From: Eledone cirrhosa
Lineage: Eukaryota
NCBI GenBank assembly: GCA_964016885.1
Contig: OZ024742.1
Location: forward strand, 318,866,001-318,930,000
DNA length: 64,000 nucleotides
Direction: 5' to 3'
A model generated the notes under the pieces. That model did no database searches, had not been told where the DNA came from, and saw only the letters and a list, made by a program, of their open reading frames with translations. The position numbers and the translations under genes were made by a program. Numbering within the stretch: the first letter of the stretch is position 1; every line of letters begins with the position of its first letter. Below are positions 1 to 13,434 of this stretch, piece by piece.

Positions 1-40
1 TGCCATTTAGTTAAAAACTGCCTGGAACCTAGATAAATGC

Positions 41-121
<81 letters not shown>

Positions 122-2162
122 CAGAAGAGATATTCAATTTGTTGGTAATTCAACAAATATATAAATGTTTATAACTGATTCAGAGGACTCGACAAGTTTT
201 CTGGAGCATAATATTCAATGATATTAAATAAATGGAAACTATAAAAACTTTGGTACGCTATCATCAGATAAAATACGAAGTGTGTTTTATAAATTTTGAC
301 ATAACCAAGGAAAGCATACCTTAACGGTTCAAGTTTTCCTTTGATAGTGAAGGGATAAGAGAAGAAAAGACAGATATTTCAAATTATTAAGATGAGTATG
401 CAAATGGGATTTAGGTAAAAGGGCTGAAAAAAACGTTATTTTAGACGCTATGGAGAATTTAAATAATTATGATAAGTTTTTGTATGCGTAGGAAAGAAGA
501 GAAAGGAAGAAGAGCTAGCATTTACGTTAATTGGTGGGGGGGGGGGGGAATATGATTCCAGAGTTTAAATTTAAATTTATTTACCTATATTATGAGTTAT
601 AATATTGTATATATAATCAATTAGATTATATGAAGAATTATGGTTGTAAGTATTTTTATCTTATTATATTACGATAGGTTATACATATATAAATATCTAT
701 ATAGATTAATAATTGCGTATGTATTAATATTATAGAGATAGAAATAATTTACAATTATTAGTTGTTTATATATCTAATAACGGTTAACAAACAAAATTGG
801 AGTTATCTTTCCTTTCTCAATCGTGTAAACATAAACATATTATGTTTGATAATCTATATAACTTCGCTAAATTAACAATATTCTGAAAACATTTTCAATG
901 TTGAACAAAATTTTTCGAATCTACAAATTGTTTTCTTCTCACAACTTGAAACACCTATTTTTTAAGTAAAATACAAAATCAACATCCTTCGGGCTGTTAC
1001 AAGTGGTCAGAATAATGATGACGTCACTAACTAGTGACCAACCCAAGGACGCGCAAAGCGGATGACGGATGACGGTGGACGATATAGGCTTGTAGGGCCA
1101 GAAAACCCCTGAAAGAGGATATGATCCGATATCAATAGACGTGTCCGAGGAACCTGCGAGTCTAGAGTCAGGTCGATCCACACACAGATCGCACCTCGAG
1201 CTGTTCGCCGGGGAAACAATTGTAACACACAATAAATTGAGTTCCGATGCATCACTGAATTTTCGTTTTCCATTATATATATATATATATATATTTTATT
1301 TGTTAGTTAAACTAATCAAATTAAATTAATTCAACAGTTAAACACACATAGGAATAATAAGGTTATATTACCAAAGAGCCAGAAGATTGACAAGTCGATC
1401 CTAAATATGACTAATAGCTCTAGGAATGCCATGAACGACACCACATCTTTTTAACTTTGATTTTGTAAGTAGGTTTATAATTATTAATTTTTATTATACT
1501 TTTGTAGCTGTCTCGGCGCCCTAGTTGGAGGAATCATAGACGGTGGTGATCCTGGTCTGAAGTTCGATCCTGGTAGGGTTACCGGTAAACGTTTTCAGTT
1601 TTTTTTCTATGGGATGTAAAATAAAAACTGAAAAAGATTACATGCACCTCTTTACCAGGATTGAACCCAAGTAGTATAAACTACATCCTCGTTTTGTTTC
1701 TCATTTATCTAGACTATATTTTAACCTGTAATCCATGTTTCATTTTTGTTGCACCTCATTTCTCCCCCCCCCCCCCTCCCTCCCCCCGCCCACACTCTCT
1801 CTCTTTCTCTCTGTGATATTTGAATCTACTATGATTTGGGCTTACTTTATTCATATATATATGTTTTTCCATGTCAGTTAAATTCAAACTTACAATGATT
1901 GACATGATATATATATATCTATACAGTGGCGTACTGCGTCTAAAATAATTGTTTGCCAGATGAAGGGGGCCCACCTACATATAGAATGCTATCATTTAAT
2001 GTTTATAATGAATAAATAACATTTTCGAAAAATACATAAGTGGAAATAAAACCGTGCAATCAAATTTTTGCGGAAAAATATCTTACCTTCTCCAATAAAA
2101 AATATTATGTATTTTGCGAAATCCAGAGACTTTCAATAATGACCTTTGGTCTTTCACACTCA

Positions 2163-2289
<127 letters not shown>

Positions 2290-2782
2290 CATATTTGGGG
2301 AGGGTCATATTGTAATAATATTGCCAGAAATAATAATAGAACACACTCACTGTGATTGTGTTCTATTATTATTTCTGGAAATATAACAATATGACCGTCT
2401 CTAAATATAACAATATTTGTTTCATCACACGATTTCATATCAAAAACCTTGCAAAACACACTATATATATATATATATACTGGTATCTCAAATTAGTACC
2501 ATGGAACAACCACTATTATAGACACCATATATATATACTTCCGTGGGTACTTAGTACCTACTGGAATATCTGTATCATTTATCTGAATTCTCCTTAATGT
2601 TGAGAAAAAAATGTTGTATCATGCTGCTATTTCTAGTAACATGAAATATCAACTAGTCTATTATTCCCGCTCTTTCTAACGGCCCATTAGTGTGGTGGTC
2701 ATTTTAACGGCTTGATTCATTCACCGGGCAGAAAGCGACACATACACATCTACGTGAATTTATATCTAGTAGGTTTGGAAAA

Positions 2783-2862
2783 GCTATCTGAAGAGCTATA
2801 TCTTTCCATTGGAAATTCTCTGAATTTCCAATCTTTTGATTAGCGAAACCGTCGGTCATGGC
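2783..2862 (+). ncRNA. type-I hammerhead ribozyme motif
   Basis: Stem I GCUAU/AUGGC; CUGAAGA 2788-2794; stem II GCUA/UAGC capped by hairpin AUUGGAAAUUC/GAAUUUCCAAU; GAAA 2845; stem III ACC/GGU; triplet GUC 2855-2857. Confidence 0.88.
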
Positions 2863-2998
2863 GCTAGAAGAGGTAAATATCTAAATCGTATTTTAATTTA
2901 TTTAAAAGATTGTTTAATGTTTACTTGTTCCGCTCATATATATATATCTTCCCCAACAACCCGACTTAAGGGTATTTACATTGTACATTTTACCATTC

Positions 2999-3110
2999 TG
3001 CTCTGAGGATACAGTGGTCACAGCATTGGATATTTGAGTTCTGCAAGTACTTGTGAAGTTGCACGTAGCATAACTAGGCTGCAGTACCACCGTGGAAACA
3101 CTTGTAAGCA
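2999..3110 (+). ncRNA. hammerhead motif in 5' pseudo-LTR of Penelope A
   Basis: UGCU/AGCA stem I; CUGAGGA; stem II UACAGUGGU/ACCACCGUG; GAAAC-ACUU-GUA. Confidence 0.85.
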
Positions 3111-3355
3111 CACGGAATAAATTACCTTTTTATGATGTCTACCTGTTATTATTCATTCTTTATATACACTCCGGAATACAGAAGGATCAGGAACTAAGTT
3201 TCTTCAACAATTCTTCCATAACTCGTAGAGTAACCTCTCACCGTACGTCAACCATATCCAGTGTAGTAATTAACCATTACTACATCTTGGATAATCCTAT
3301 ACCTAATAATCGCCTCCTACACAGTTGAGCAACCACACCGACACACGGCATTAAT

Positions 3356-5681
3356 ATGGAAAGGCATCATATAGGTATGTCACTTAAAAACATACCTATA
3401 CCTAACAAAAGGGAATAGATTCTTAGTATGATTCAACGCAATAACGACTTCATTCGGCGTGTACGATGGAAAGCTTTCCATTTCGATAAAGGACGCGCCA
3501 GTCACTCGTCTGAATCATATGGTTTTAAATCATGTAAAAACCCACCCACAAACCCTCATCTCGATGCTTTCGAACAAGATTTAATGAAAACGACCATGAA
3601 CATTAAGTTCAACAAACATAGAAATAATGAGCTGCAGAGCAACATGAAAGCACTACTCCGAAGATTGCAAAATACCAATGGAATTGTTGTGAAAGCCGAC
3701 AAGACCTCTAACGTGTATACCATGGATATCGATACGTACAATAACTTCATACGCAACGAACTACACAAAAAATATAGAAAAACAAATGAAACTACGCTAG
3801 CAAATATTAACAACGAGGCATATAAAGTGGTGAAGAATCTCAAGATAGACGATAGAACCGAGCCGATTATACCCGCTAACCCCACCTTCAACCTGAAGGA
3901 CCATAAGGTAAATTTTGACTCTAACCCTAAGATTAGACTTATATGCCCTTCTAAATCAGACATAGGAAAAATTAGCAAACATATACTTGACAGAGTAATA
4001 ACTCAAGTGAAAAAGAAAATTGAAATTAAATTATGGGGCAACACTAGCGAAGCAATTCGCTGGTTTAATAACGTTAAGAATAAGAATAAATCTAAGTTTA
4101 TACAATTTGACATAGACGAATACTACTCTTCCATCTCACCAAGCACTTTACGTAAGGCCCTATCGTTTGCTAAGGTCAATTCCGACCTAACGGAGGACGA
4201 AATTAATATTATTCTCGAGGCTAGAAAAACCATTATTAAGTTTGATAACTGCTACTGAGAACGTAAGGACAGACCCACAAATTTAGACATTACCATGGGT
4301 TCCAACGACTCAGCGGAGGTCACGGATCTCGTGGGAATTTACATAGCCCACATATTACATAGTAAATTTAGTAATCTACAGGGGGGGGATATACAGAGAT
4401 GACGGGCTCTTATTAGTTAATAACTCGAATAACCAAAATCTTGAAAGGCTACGGAAAAATATTAGAAAATCTTTTAGTGAACTGGGTCTAAAAATAACAT
4501 ACGAATACAATCTTAAAGTAGTAAACTTTCTGGACGTAACTCTTAATTTAAATACCAGACAGATACGACCCTTCCACAAGGTGAATGAGAACCTTACGTA
4601 TATTAACTTTAACTCTAACCAACCACTCTCCATGATCAAATCAGTTCCCCGGAGTATTTCTCTTAGAATCTCTCGCCTATCGTCTAACTCTGATATTTTT
4701 AGTGAACACGCTGAATACTACAATAATGTATTAAGGAAGGCCGACCACCGGGATACAATAGAATACATTGATAGGAATTTCCATAACACACATCTACACG
4801 AAATCAAGGAATACGTAACCGGGGGACTAAAATACAAGCGCACACACACAGTACTACCAGACATACTAATAATAAAAAATCACCACCAAATAAATCACGT
4901 TGTAGAAAGTATATCTGGTACAATCCTATTTTTAATGCCTCGATTAGTACAAAACTATCTCTTTCATTCTTTAAGTTAATCAACAAACATTTCCCTAGTT
5001 CCCATAAATACAGCAAAATTCTGAACTCTAAAACTATTAGACTATCATACTCCACGGCACCAAACCTTGAAGCATACATAAAAAAAACTTAACTTAAGGC
5101 AATTAAACAACTCTACAAAACAAAACATTTTAGTAACAGATGGGCAGAACGTAATATCTGCCTCCCAACCACTAAATGGGAGACGGGTATTACACAATCC
5201 ACCTGTACCGCTATCACACCCTATCCATGGTATACCCGCTACCCACAACAAAGAATGTAACTGCCATCTACCTGAAAGATGTCCATTGAAGAATGAATGC
5301 CTAAAGTCCAACATTGTTTACCAATGCACGGTTGAATCGAACGACCAGAAATGGTATTATATCGGATCTACCACCACCTCGTTTAAATCTCGCTGGTACC
5401 GTCATCGATTCTCAATCAAACATCCTAATCACCGTTTTGTGACCACGCTCGCCAACAAGACCTGGCAACTCCGTGAACACAACCAACAGTTCACCTTAAA
5501 ATGGGATATACTTTCCAGCGCAAGTGCATATCGGAGTGGATTGAAGTACTGCAGGTTATGTAACCTTGAACTCTTTTACATATTAAAATCCAAAAACAAA
5601 CTACTTAACGATAGAATTGAACGGTCATTATACTGCAACCACAAACTAAAAGCTAAATTCTCTCACTATAAAATAATTTAA
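3356..5681 (+). pseudogene. disrupted Penelope-like RT/GIY-YIG endonuclease ORF
   Basis: Starts MERHHIGMSLKNIP; stops at 3416 (TAG) and 4256 (TGA), frameshift in G-run ~4381-4388 and further frameshifts ~4820 and ~5090; motifs QFDI..YY, MGS, YRDD, FLDV, CNC-x5-C, IVY..YIGST. Confidence 0.92.
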
Positions 5682-6172
5682 CATTCGAACCCGTAACTAT
5701 AACATCGCTTTCTAGCTAACCACCTTCTCTTCCCCCACACTACAAGACAATACACTGCTTATCACTATAAATGGTAACTCAGTGCAATTCGTAGATTACT
5801 ACTACAAACCCAAAGTTCACTCACCACATAAACTTCGTCTGTCCCCTCTCTACCTCTTTCTCTACATCCATTACACTCTCTCTCTCTCGCCTTTGGCCTA
5901 CCTCCCTCTCCACATCTATGAACCTGCCCTCTGGGGCAATAAATAATTCCGACCTTAACTATCAACCCATCTCTCCAAAAGTAACCAGTATAATAAAACC
6001 CCTACCATAACATTTTGATTAAGATATCTACAAACCACTCTCTCCTACTTCTCCAACCCCTGCATATCTTTCTCTCTCTCTCTCCCTCTCCCTACTTTTC
6101 TCTCTTCCTTTTCTACTCTATCTTCCCCAACAACCTCACTTAAGGGTATTTACATTGTACATTTTACCATTC

Positions 6173-6284
6173 TGCTCTGAGGATACAGTGGTCACAGCAT
6201 TGGATATTTGAGTTCTGCAAATACTTGTAAATTTGCACATAGCATAACTAGGCTGTAGTACCACCGTGGAAACATTTGTAAGCA
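6173..6284 (+). ncRNA. hammerhead motif in 3' pseudo-LTR of Penelope A
   Basis: Same fold as 2999-3110, with GAAAC-AUUU-GUA. Confidence 0.85.
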
Positions 6285-6364
6285 CACGGAATAAATTACC
6301 TTTTTATGATGTCTACCTGTTATTATTCATTCTTTATATATATATATGTACATCTTCACTCAGA

Positions 6365-6405
6365 CCGAGTTGAAGATCCGCATAAGGTGAAACATTTGTT
6401 CACGG
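6365..6405 (+). ncRNA. degenerate minimal hammerhead motif
   Basis: CCGAG/CACGG stem I (one mismatch); UUGAAGA (C3U); short stem II CC/GG; GAAAC-AUUU-GUU; lies between TA tracts. Confidence 0.5.
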
Positions 6406-6427
6406 AATGATGAACTAACTGTTCTGG

Positions 6428-6496
<69 letters not shown>

Positions 6497-6609
6497 GGGG
6501 GGTGTATATCGGTGCATGTACATGTGTATATATAGATTTATATATATGTACACATAACGTTTTCAACTTGTACAAAAATACCTAGGGATCTAATTGACAT
6601 TGTATATAT

Positions 6610-7980
<1,371 letters not shown>

Positions 7981-8022
7981 TATATATATATACATACATA
8001 CATACATACATACATACATACA

Positions 8023-8055
<33 letters not shown>

Positions 8056-8076
8056 GTGTATATATATATATGTATG

Positions 8077-8176
<100 letters not shown>

Positions 8177-8179
8177 GAT

Positions 8180-8878
8180 ATAAAGAGATTTATTTACGCT
8201 TTAATTTATATTTTTAATTATCGTGTCTATAGTCTGCCTTTCATAGGTTATAGATTCCATACACTGGTGGTTCTTTTCCCTGTTTTATTGATAGCGCACT
8301 GTATATCTCTCTCTGGTGTGTTACCTTTTCAACATATTGTATTTTAAAGAGCTCAGGATTTCTTCTCCTTTGAGCACATTATTTACAGGGAATAGCGAGG
8401 GCCTATGGCTCCATTAATTTATCGTGATATTTCGCTCCTTATAACAGTCTTTCCTATCCCTCTGTTTGGTTGAGCACACTTCTCTGAGTGGCTTTGGGCT
8501 GCCCTTTCTAACAGTTCGTCCCTCAGGGGCCACTGGTTCACTGCCCTTAAACACGCTGTGACTTCTCTCTCCCACGTGTAGCTGGACAGTCACTTTTAAA
8601 ATTCTCCTAGTGTTGTCTGAAATGTATAGCCTTACACACGCTGATGAACCGAGGTTAATCCATTTCTTTCAACAAATTACTGGTGAAACATATCTTTGGA
8701 TTTGTACGTGTGTTATATAGTTATAAAGGTATTTATTTACGCTTTAATTTATATTTTTAATTATCGTGTCTATAGTCTGCCTTTCATAGGTTATAGATTC
8801 CATACACTGGTGGTTCTTTTCCCTGTTTTATTGATAGCGCACTGTATATCTCTCTCTGGTGTGTTACCTTTTCAACAT

Positions 8879-8885
<7 letters not shown>
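8180..8885 (+). mobile_element. ORF-less retrozyme-like element, 543-bp unit with ~155-bp terminal direct repeats
   Basis: 8188-8342 repeats at 8731-8885; one hammerhead just before the second repeat; (TA)n on both sides; a related fragment at ~19472-19535. Confidence 0.75.
8634..8713 (+). ncRNA. type-I hammerhead ribozyme motif
   Basis: Stem I ACACACG/CGUGUGU; CUGAUGA 8641-8647; stem II ACCG/UGGU; GAAA 8685; stem III ACA.AUC/GAU.UGU; triplet GUA 8704-8706. Confidence 0.9.
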
Positions 8886-8975
<90 letters not shown>

Positions 8976-9114
8976 GTAATAATAAATTTGAAGACTAAAA
9001 TCCAAAGAGGGCTTGATAAGGATAAATATATATTAAATATATAAGAACCGTAGAGCAAATATTTATTAAAATAACAGATTAAAGTTTACCCTTAACGGGA
9101 TCTTCTGAAACTCT

Positions 9115-9167
9115 GAGTTTCAGAAGATCCCGTTAAGGGTGAAAGCAGCGATTCTTTGCTTAAACTT
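9115..9167 (+). ncRNA. hammerhead motif with CAGAAGA core variant
   Basis: GAGUUU/AAACUU stem I; CAGAAGA; CCC/GGG stem II; GAAA; AGCA/UGCU stem III; triplet CUU. Confidence 0.6.
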
Positions 9168-9182
9168 TAATCTGTTATTTTA

Positions 9183-9248
<66 letters not shown>

Positions 9249-9679
9249 TCTCTATACATATAAGATAAACCCTACCAAAATTAATCAAAATCGCCAACTC
9301 GCTATTCTGGGATGGCTGTTCCCTCGGTATAAAGTAACGTTCAAATATTTTTCTCGATTCTTCTCTCCATTCTAATCCATTAGTCATTCATTCAATCACC
9401 ATTCTATGTCATATTTTCACACTATATCATATTTTCACCATTCTATATCATATTTTTTCTCTAAAATCATATTTTCCCTATCACCGCATTTTCTCTATCG
9501 TATTTTCTTAAACAAAACAAATCTTGTATTTTCGTTTATTGTTAAATTATGCCCAAAATACGGGGATCTTATCTTAAACCTTACATTCTCGCTAACTACC
9601 CAACATCCATCCCTCCCGCCCCCACGCACCACCATTATTACGTGGACCAATCATAAGTCAGAGGCCCATACTATCGCTT

Positions 9680-12600
9680 AACTGGTTGCTTTTCGATATG
9701 ATGGATGGACTACGGAATTCTGGAGAGTTGAAGAGAGAAAAATCTGGACGCTCAGCGACAATGCCAAAGATAAAGACAAATTCACCTCGTGGACGAGAAT
9801 GCAAGCACTCCTCCTTGTTTCGGCCGAGGATGGCTAACATAACCCCCCCCCCCCCCCCCCCGCGCCCCACCGCTCCCACCCTCCAAACGCAATCCAAAAC
9901 TTCAGAGTTGGTACCATGAATGTAGGCACCTTAAAGGGTCGCTCTAACGAGGTTGTAGAAATGCTTGAACGTAAGGAGGTCGATGTTTGTTGTATTCAAG
10001 AGACCAGGTGGAGGGGAGGGTCTGCTAGATTCATCGTGGGTAAAGAACGATGCTATAAGCTTTTCTGGGTGGGAAATGACAATGGGCTGGGTGGAGTAGG
10101 AATCATGGTAGCAGAAAAGTGGGCAGATAAGATAATAGACGTAAATAGAGCGAACGACAGAATAATTAAAATAAGACTCGTCCTCAATAAAACTACGGTG
10201 ACAGTAATATCTGCGTACGCACCCCAATCCGGACTGCCCGGCGCTATAAAAGACAGATTCTATGAGACACTGATGCTCGCTACCTCCCAAATAACCGACA
10301 GTGACTATATAATTATTGCAGGCGACCTAAATGGTCATGTTGGACAACATTGTGACGGCTATGACGGAATCCATGGAGGCTATGGGTTCGGTACTAGAAA
10401 TGAGGAAGGCTCCAGAATCCTGGAATTCTGTGACGCAAATAACTTAACTATCTGTAACACTAACTTCAAAAAACGAGACAATCACTTGATCACCTATAGA
10501 TCGGGGGAACGCACAAGCCAGGTAGACTATATCCTTACCAGAAGACGTGACAGTGTCTGTTGTTAACACTAAATCCCTCCCCCATGAAGAATGCACCTCC
10601 CAACATAGACTGATAATTAGCGACCTCATAGTCAGGACGAGACGTACTAGACAGCGGAAGAGGACTATCCTCAGGAGAAAAATATGGAAGCTAAAGGACC
10701 CCATAGCCAGAAATAAATTTCAAAGCATATTACTTGATGCTTTCGACAGTAAGGAAGAGCAATTAGAGTCGTATAATATAGAGGAACAGTGGGAATTCCT
10801 GAAAGCAAACCTGCTGACGGCGGCAGACGAAGTCTGTGGCTGGAGCAGGCCTGTAGGTAGGAGGAGAGTAACATGGTAGTGGAACAGTAAGGTGGAGGAG
10901 TCAATTAAGGCCAAAAAGCAGGCTTGGAAAGTATGGCGGGATGGGGGAAGTAGAGAAGACTATCAAGTGGCCAGGAGGGAAGCTAGGAGACAAGTGTACT
11001 TCGCAAGAAGGGAAGCAGAGGAAAGAGAGTTCAAGCATGTTCTACAACGTGAGTACCAAAAACGTGAGGTGTTCAGGATTGCTAGGCAATGTGTCAAGGA
11101 AAACCGTGATATTGTCGGGGAAAAGTGTGTATTTAATGATGATGGCATACTTGCCATCACTGACGCTGATAAGAAGGTAGCTTGGAAGTGTCACTACGAA
11201 AGGCTTCTAAATGAGGAGAACAAATGGGAGAAAGACAGTCTCCCCCACATCGACCCAATAGAGGGACCAGCAGTGTTAGTCGAAGGTAGTATAATAAGTA
11301 AGGCAATCAAAGATATGAAGACGGGTAAGGCAGCTGGGCCTTCGGAAATAGTTGCTGAGATGCTGAAAGCCTCTGGAACGGTGGGACACACCATGGTCAC
11401 CCGGATAGTAAACCAAGTCATACAGAATGGGGTTGTTCCGAAGGACTGGCATAGCAGCATCATCATTAACTGTTACAAGGGTAAAGGAGATGCCCTAGAT
11501 AGGTGTAACTATAGAGGCATTAAACTAATCGACCAGGTCATGAAGGTCACGGAAAAAGTTATAGCGCAACTAATCAGAGAGAGAATTGATCTAGATGAAA
11601 TGCAGTTCGGGTTTGTGTCAGGAAAAAGTACCACAGACGCTCTTTTCATTGTACGACAACTACAGGAGAAGTACCTAGCTAAAAGTAAACCCCTATACTT
11701 AGCTTTTGTTGACTTGGAGAAAGCCTTCGACAGAGTCCCCCGTTCCATTATCTGGTGGGCTCTTAGAAAACTAGGTGCTGACGAATGGCTTGTGAGAGCT
11801 ATACAAGCCATGTATAAAGAAATAGTCAGCAAGGTTAGAATTAACAACGAATATAGTGAAGAGTTTAGCGTAAAAGTTGGTGTCCATCAGGGCTCTGTTC
11901 TTAGCCCCCTACTATTTATTATTGCCCTTCAGGCTATAACAGAGGAGTTCAAGACTGGCTGCCCATGGGAACTCCTATACGCAGATGATCTAACGCTCAT
12001 AGCTGAATCAATGACCGAACTAGAGAAGAAATTCCAAACATGGAAGCACGGCCTAGAATCAAAAGGCCTTAAAATTAACCTAGCTAAGACTAAAGTTCTA
12101 GTTTGTAGGAAAGAAAATAAGGCGGCGGTCCCTTCCGGGAAATGGCCATGCTCAGTGTGTAGGAAAGGCGTAGGTAGAAACTCCATTTTATGTCCCCAAT
12201 GCAAAGTATGGGTGCATAAAAGATGTAGTGGGATCACAGGTAAGCTAACTAAGAACATAGATTTTACATGTGGCCGGTGCTCTGGTGCAATAAGTAGCAG
12301 CAAGTGCCCACAAAATACTAGCTCTTTCAATTGCGCAGAGGATTCTATAGAAATAGTGGACAGCTTCCGTTACCTGGGTGACAAAATCAGCAGTGGGGGA
12401 GGGTGCTCTGAAAGTACAGTAGCTAGAGTCAGAACTGGATGGAAAAAGTTCAGAGAGCTTATACCACTATTAGCCGCTAGAGGGTTCTCACTAAAAATGA
12501 AAGGCAGGTTATACGATGCCTGCATACGAACAGCAATGCTGCATGGCAGTGAGACCTGGGCATTGTGTGCAGAGGATATACGCAGACTAGAGAGGAACGA

Positions 12601-13337
12601 AGCTTGCATGCTCCGCTGGATGTGCAATAGTAATATACGTGAACGGCTAAGCATAAACGAACTAAGGAAAAAATTAGAAATAAGAGGGATCAGATGTTGT
12701 TTACTCGAGAGAAGGCTACGTTGGTACGGTCACGTGATGCGCATGAAAGACGACAGCTGTATAACAAAGTGCAGGGCAATAAAGATAGACGGTAGCCACG
12801 GAGTAGGCAGACCCAGAAAAACCTGGGACGACATGATAAATTCCGACCTCACACGCTTACACCTCTCCAAGACAATGTCACTGGACCGAGACCTTTGGCG
12901 GTACTCAGTAATAGAGAAGACCCGCCTTACCTAAATACAAAGTAAAAACCTACTACAGTCAGTAGGCATCTCTATCAAAACACACCCCCGTCCCACCACC
13001 TCCACCCCATCCACACCGCCCCTTTCAATGTAAAGTTATGTTGGTGCCACAACATCCAGGCCGAAACAAATGAGATCGTGTAGGTGTCACGACAAAAAAA
13101 AAAAAAACAGAGTCCACGCTGTAAATGTGGCCGTGTAGGCAACACGGTAAAAACCTCCCAGCCCCACACTGTAAATGTGGTTGGTGTTAGGAAGGGCATC
13201 CAGCTGTAGAAAACCCGCCAGACAGTCCTATGCGAGCAAGACAACCACTCTTGTCTCAAGTGGGAAAACCCCCGTCCAAACCCATGCAAGCGTGGAACAC
13301 GGACGCTAAACCTGATGATGATGATGATGATGATGAT
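9680..13337 (+). mobile_element. near full-length RTE-clade LINE ending in a (GAT)n tail
   Basis: APE endonuclease then RT in one ancestral ORF; 3' UTR ends GGACGCTAAACC(TGA)n; 5' boundary approximate. Confidence 0.92.
9916..12934 (+). pseudogene. APE endonuclease + reverse transcriptase polyprotein with one frameshift (~10555) and one stop (10877-10879)
   Basis: NVGTL, IQETRW, AYAPQ, GDLNGH, VDYIL, SQHRL; DLEKAFD, GVHQGSVLSP, YADD, FRYLG, LHGSETW, RRLRWYGH, GRPRKTW; TAG replaces Trp in TWWWN. Confidence 0.93.
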
Positions 13338-13356
13338 ATATATATATACATATATA

Positions 13357-13425
<69 letters not shown>

Positions 13426-13434
<9 letters not shown>

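Larger units (their letters stand above)
2945..6340 (+). mobile_element. Penelope-like retroelement copy A (decayed) with 222-bp direct pseudo-LTRs (2945-3166, 6119-6340), inserted in (TA)n
   Basis: Direct repeats offset by 3174 bp, each holding a hammerhead motif; encloses an RT + GIY-YIG reading frame homologous to the 794-aa ORF at 15413-17797. Confidence 0.92.

Noticed and set aside
1141-1194. Hammerhead-like GTGT CCGAGGA ACCTG..CAGGT CGATC..GATC GCAC
   Set aside because: Stems I and II pair but the GAAA box is absent; too degenerate to call.
4256-4258. In-frame TGA in Penelope A as possible selenocysteine (as in some Naiad PLEs)
   Set aside because: It aligns with Trp (YWVRKD) in the intact relative, the copy also has a TAG and frameshifts, and the endonuclease is C-terminal.
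11929-12654. Antisense ORFs over the LINE, mariner and Penelope coding regions
   Set aside because: Shadow frames of real coding sequence with no motifs of their own.
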